Shown piece by piece: positions 58,337 to 64,000 of a stretch of 64,000 nt of DNA. The stretch's first letter is position 1. Each line of letters starts with the position of its first letter. Under the pieces are notes generated by a model. That model did not search any database, was not told the origin of the DNA, and saw only the letters and a program-made list of their open reading frames with translations. The DNA comes from the human T2T-CHM13v2.0 reference genome, Homo sapiens: NCBI RefSeq assembly GCF_009914755.1, contig NC_060928.1; one strand, 5' to 3'. The position numbers and the translations under genes were made by a program.

Positions 58337-59562
58337 TCAGAGAAGTAGTCGGAATTCAAGGAAATTGAGGAGACACAGCCATGAACTTAACAGCCAGTCA
58401 CTACACCCCTTCACTCCTACTACAAAGATTCGTAGGTTTGAGATAGCTTAGAAGAGAGAGGAGACAAAGTGAATGAGAGTTCCCTTTAAAGATACTGGCT
58501 TGGACATTTTGTTAACTGAGTATAGATTCTTCTTGGCTGAAAGTGATGCTATTGTACACCAAAATTGAAAGGCCAGTTGGAGAGTTCTTTCTAAAATGGT
58601 GAAGAAGAAATAATCCATAGAGTATTCAGAAAGAGAAAGAGAAAGAAAACATAAAGTTTTTTTTTCTAGGTTGTACCACATTGAATTCAGCTCATTCAGT
58701 AGGTTATTTATGCATGCCATTTTATTATTTCTGATTTTCCACTTTAAGTATTATCTACTGCCTCTTCACTGTGTATCATGATCCATGCTGGGGCAATAGA
58801 AAGGCATCATTTTCTATCACTCCATCTCCATCCACACACATAGACAACTGAAATATTCACACATTTACAAAGATTTTTTTGATGTGTTTCTGATTTTCAT
58901 TGGAAAAATACCGGAAAATTATTTCAAGACTTGGATAATAAATTATTCCTCCAGAATGCATAGGGGTTTACATCTTTCAGTTAGTCAACTGGGCAACTAT
59001 TAGTCCATGACCATTTTAAATAAATTCATGGCTTGATGTTTTTAGTTTTATTTGTTTTGTTTTTTTGCATAGTGCAGATAATATGAATTTGTGCTGCAAA
59101 TCCACATGATGGCATGTTTATGATGATAACTTCGCATGGATAATTATTTTAATTCCTTGACTGTGTGATAGTATTTTCACTGCAGTCAGCTAAGGTTGTG
59201 AGGTCAAATTTGTTTGCTTCCAGAAGGGATAAACCCATGGGATCCCTGCTATAAAGGATTTGTCTCCTATTTAACTCTCCCTTTGGTTTTGGGCTTTGCC
59301 TTTTATTCCCAGCAGCCTAAAAAGGAAACTAAAGCCCAAACCTGGTTCTGTAAATGACCCCAAAGCAAATGATCTCTGGTTCTCTGCTTATCTCTGTGGG
59401 TTCTCATTTTCTCTAAGACTTTAGCTGAGTAATAGCTGAGTAAATAACTATCATGCAAAGTTTTTAATGTCTTTACTGAGAAATATATATATTTCTTCTT
59501 AAAGTAATTTAACTTGCTTTTTTTACCCTAGTATATCTGGCTAAGTATGCTTTTAAAAACAT

Positions 59563-59745
59563 CCCGGGGCCTGTTGTGGGGTGGGGGGAGGGGAAGGGAT
59601 AGCATTAGGAGATATACCTAATGTAAATGACGAGTTAATGGGTGCAGCACACCAACATGGCACATGTATACATATGTAACAAACCTGCACATTGTGCACA
59701 TGTACCCTAGAACTTAAAGTATAATAAAAAAATAAATAAATGAAA
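59563..59745 (+). mobile_element. Very short L1PA (about PA4-5) 3'UTR end with G-rich tract
   Basis: ccggggcctgttgtggggtggggggaggggaagggatagcattaggagatatacctaatgtaaatgacgagttaatgggtgcagcacaccaacatgg...aacttaaagtataataaaaaaa, close to consensus. Confidence 0.95.
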
Positions 59746-61658
59746 ATTTAAAAATGCATGAAGACATACCTAGACAGCTACAAATTAGAAAGAAAAACTC
59801 CAATAACACACTGATATTATTTTGTGATAAATGAGATTTAGTGTACAATACATGGTTCAATATCCACTTTCCAGAAAGTATAATGCACAAATGTTCTGAA
59901 AATTGTATTTAATAGGTATGTATGTATATATGCATATGTATGGATGCATCTGTGTATACATATGCAAAAGTGTACACATACATAGCAGTGGTAACTTCAA
60001 CTTATAAAAAAAAAACTTGCCAAAATTACTATTCTTAATACTTATTATGCATGATAATACACTGAAACAGACACTGAAATAAAAATGTTGATCATAAATT
60101 ATAAGCAAATCTTTTCAGAGATCCATAGTATTTTATATAACAGCTGTATTTTAAATGAATGTTTCTTGAATTAGGATTTAGGGTGTTTACTTTGTAACAA
60201 TTTCATTTTTTTTCCTTGCCAATGTTGAGAAATAATAGATTTTTATTGCTACAATTACTCATAAGAATAAATCATGATATATTCATTGGGATGACATTTA
60301 GAAATGTCTCATATAACCCTACTTTTAAAGATTTCTTTTATTATTAGAAGAAATTCTCTCTTTAGAATGTAATGGCCCATGAACACAGTCAATCCACTAA
60401 ATTTATTCTAGAAAACACAGGAGAGTTGAATCTCCACATGACTAGAAACTGAATGTATAGGTGCTTTTAGCAAGGATTCAGGATCAATCATATGGGGCTA
60501 GCTTCAAAGGAACTGCATAAACATGAAACAAAAGTCACTCTGTTTGCAGTATTAGTCACAAACCACTTGTTTATTTGTTCAGTTTATTTCACAGTGAACA
60601 TTTATTTCTTTTGCAATTTTCATCATATTTCAAACTCTTTTCCTCAGTAAAAGTTATCTGTCCATAAGTAAAATCTATCTTCTATATTTCTGGGCTTTAA
60701 AGTGTAATAGAGAAACTACTGAGAAATTGAACTCCTTTGGATGTTTATCTGTCAATGCCAAAATTAATCCTAAAGGTTGTTTTCCCAGTAGGTACAAATT
60801 CTTTATTTATTTAGGTTACACAATTTAAAAAATACAATAGTCTAGCTTTAGTGCTTATTTCACTTAGAATTTTTTTAAAAATGTGCTAACTGGTAAATCC
60901 AGTTGTTTATCAATAGGTCTCAGGAACATACCTTCTCTTCAAAAATAACAAAGTTAAAAAGGAGGGATAAACAGAAAAAGTAAAGAAGAAAGGGAGATGA
61001 AAAAGAAAAAGGAAAAGGCAAAAAGGCTTCACTTCTGGGACAATGAATTCATGATATTATGAAAAGTTATTTGAAAATTATGACCACCACAAAATATATT
61101 TTTGTATTACCATGATAAAATTTGAGGACTATATTAGAAAATTAAAGTGTGGTACAATTTGTTGAATACTTGAGTTTAAAAACTTACAATGTACTCACAG
61201 ATTCAGCACTAACATATGAAAAGTAGGGAGATGAGGCAAATTTGAAATTGCTTCCCATCTCAAAATGTGTAGCAGAGGATATTTCTATATGAAGCCAACA
61301 CTAAGTAAAAATGAGTTTACATACAAAGCCCCTAAAAACTCTTTTCAGGTTCATCCCTTTTTACCCTTTGGCCAATAGCTAAATATATTCCATTACCATG
61401 AAACTGGTTTTCCATTTCCCCTTTGAAGCATGTTTCCATCATGCTTTTGTGCATTATTGTAAGCATATTTATCTGCAGTTTTTCTGGATGGTGAGGATAT
61501 TTGATATAGAGGAAAAAATAAATATTGACTGAAACGATGGAGAAGTGATAAGATTTCCAAAGGAGCTTTTCTAATCTTGAATGATTAGTTCATCATGTAG
61601 AGAAATTCGAAACAAAATATTCAAAGTGGAGAAAAATTATCCTCAGGGCTATATTTCT

Positions 61659-63743
61659 TTTTTAACAATTTATTTTATTTTATTTTTTTAAGTTCTGGGG
61701 TACATGTGCAGGATGTGCAGGTTTGGGACATAGGTAAAGGTGTGTCATGGTGGTTTTCTGCACCTATCAACCCATCACCTAGGTGTTAAGCCCAGCATGC
61801 ATTAGCTCTTTTCCCTAATGCTCTCCCACACGCCCCACCCTCCCCCAACAGATGTCAGTGAGTGTTGTTTCCCTCCTTGTGTCCATGTGTTCTCATTGTT
61901 CAGGTCCCACTTATAAGCGAGAACATTTGATGTTTGGTTTTCTGTTCCTGCACTAGTTTGCTAAGGATAATGGCTTCCAGCTTCATCCATGTCCCTGACA
62001 TGATCTCATTATTTTTCATGGCTCTGTAGAATTCCGTGATCTATACATACCACATTCTCTTTAGCCAGTCTATCATTACTGGACATTTGGGTTGATTCCA
62101 TGTCTTTGCTGTTGTGAATAGTGCTGCAATGAACATACATATGCATGTTTCTTTATAATAGAATAATTTATATTATTTTGGGTATATACCCAATAATGGA
62201 ATTGCTGGGTCAAATGGTATTTCTGGTTCTAGATCCTTGAGGAATCACCTCACTGTCTTCCACAATGGTTGAACTAATTTATAGTCCCACCAACAGTGTA
62301 ACAGCATTCTTATTTCTCCACAACCTCTCCAGCATCTATTGTTTCTTGACTTTTTAATAATCACCATTCTGGCTGGCATGAAATGATAGCTTATTGTAGT
62401 TTTGGTTTGCATTTCTCAAAGATCAGTGATGTTGAGCTTTTTCATATGTTTAGCCACATGTGTCTTTTATTGAGAAGTATCTGCTCATACACTTGGCACA
62501 GTTTTTCCCCTTGAAAACTAGGACAAGACAAGAATGTCCTCTCTCACCACTCTTATTCAACCTGGTGTTGGAAGTTCTGGCCACAGCAATCAGGCAAGAG
62601 AAAGAAATAAAGGGTATTCAGATAGGATGTGAGGAAGTCAAATTGTCTTTGTTTACAGATGACATAATCCTATATCTAGAAAACCCAAATCCATTGAGCC
62701 CCAAAATTTGTTAAGCTGATAAGCAACTTCAGGAAAGTCTCAGGATACAACATCAATGTGCAGAAATCACACACATTCTACATACCAAAAACAGACAAGC
62801 AGAGATCCAAATCATGAATAAACTCCCATTCACAATTGCCACAAAGAGAATAAAATACCTAGGAATATAACTAACAAGAGAAATGAAGAACACTTCAAGG
62901 AGAACTGCAAAACACTTCTCAAGGAAATCAGAGAGGACACCAGCAGATGGAGAAACATTTCATGCTTATGGATAGGACGAATCAATATCGTGAAAATGGC
63001 CATACAGCACAAAGCAATTTATAGGTTCAATCCTATTCCTATTAAACTACCATTTACATTCTTTGCAGAATTAGAAAAAAAGCCTATTTTAAAATTCATA
63101 TGGAACCAAAAAGGAGCTTGTATAGCCAAGACAATTTTAAGCAAAAAGAACAAAGCTAGAGACATCATGTTATCCAACTTGAAACTATACTACAATGCTA
63201 CAGTAACCAAAACAGCATGGTACTGGTACAAAAACAGGCCCATAGACCAATGGAACAGAATAGAAAACTCAGAAATAAAACCACACACCTACCACCATCT
63301 GATTTTTGACAAATCTGACAAAAACAAGTAACGGAGGAAGGTTTCCCTACTCAATAAATGGTGCTGGAAGAACTGGCTAGCCATATGCAGAAAATTGAAA
63401 CTGGATCCCTTCCTTATATGTTATACAAAAATTAACTCAAAATAGATTAAAGACTTAAACTTAAAACTCAAAACTATAAAAACTGTAGAAGAAAATCTAG
63501 GCAATACCATTCAAGACCTAGGCATGGGCAAAGATTTTATGATAAAATCACCAAAAACAATTGCAACAAAATTAGAAATTAACAAATAGGATCTAATTAA
63601 ACTAAAAAGCTTCTGCACAACAGAAGAAACTATCATCAAAGTGAACAGGCAACCTACAGAAAAGGAGAAAAATTTTGCAATTTATCCATCTGACAAAGCT
63701 CTAACATCCAGAAACTACAGGGAACTCAAGCAAATTTTCAAGA
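61659..63743 (-). mobile_element. 5'-inverted L1PA (about PA8-10)
   Basis: T-rich tail and antisense 3'UTR/ORF2 end from 61659 to about 62505, then an ORF2 block on the + strand from about 62503 to 63743 ([57 protein letters not shown]). Approximate TSD ggctatatttct (61647-61658) and ggccatactttct (63744-63756). Confidence 0.92.
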
Positions 63744-64000
63744 GGCCATACTTTCTACTCTTCTTTGAAAAAGATCAGGCACTGTTCTTTTTTAGGGATT
63801 TTAGATTTTATGTACCCTCTAACTGGAGTTGCAAATAACTTCATTTCCTCTTGAATAACTCCTTCAAGTATTTTCTTAAATGTTTTCTAGTAAGGGCACT
63901 TGTCAAAAATTGTAAACTTCTATTCCAACATTCTTTATTTTGCTTCTTTATTTTTTCTTCCCAAATATATTACCATTAATACATAATTTATTTTTTAATT

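Noticed and set aside
59060-59400. Non-repetitive stretch resembling a conserved noncoding element (also about 90-260)
   Set aside because: Conservation cannot be judged from one sequence; needs phastCons or chromatin data.

Overview
AT-rich, CpG-poor primate genomic DNA, very probably human (it carries an AluYa5 with all five diagnostic positions). It looks like a gene desert or deep intron: I can support no cellular protein-coding exon, RNA gene, CpG island or CRISPR array. The ORFs I can assign are pieces of L1 ORF2, antisense Alu, MaLR internal sequence or low-complexity AT-rich sequence. A large share of the window is transposon fossils: L1PA/L1PB/L1MA/L1M LINEs, L2, MIR, Alu J/S/Y/Ya5, MaLR (MLT1, MST LTR-internal-LTR), other ERV LTRs, and DNA transposons (MER44A, MER58A, MER20B-like, MADE1). 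Families were assigned by eye from remembered consensus sequences, so subfamily names are approximate. I found no evidence for a new gene system. The interesting signal is a set of mechanistic scars: (1) an L1 with 5' inversion, a ~2.1-kb internal deletion and a ~21-nt 3' transduction, all inside one 15-bp TSD; (2) a 39-bp segment copied in inverted orientation from 2.5 kb away into an MST internal region; (3) a perfect 27-bp-arm hairpin inside an ancient MIR; (4) four twin-primed L1s in 64 kb; (5) a 302-bp tandem duplication and several small fold-back/slippage insertions; (6) a young, possibly polymorphic AluYa5.
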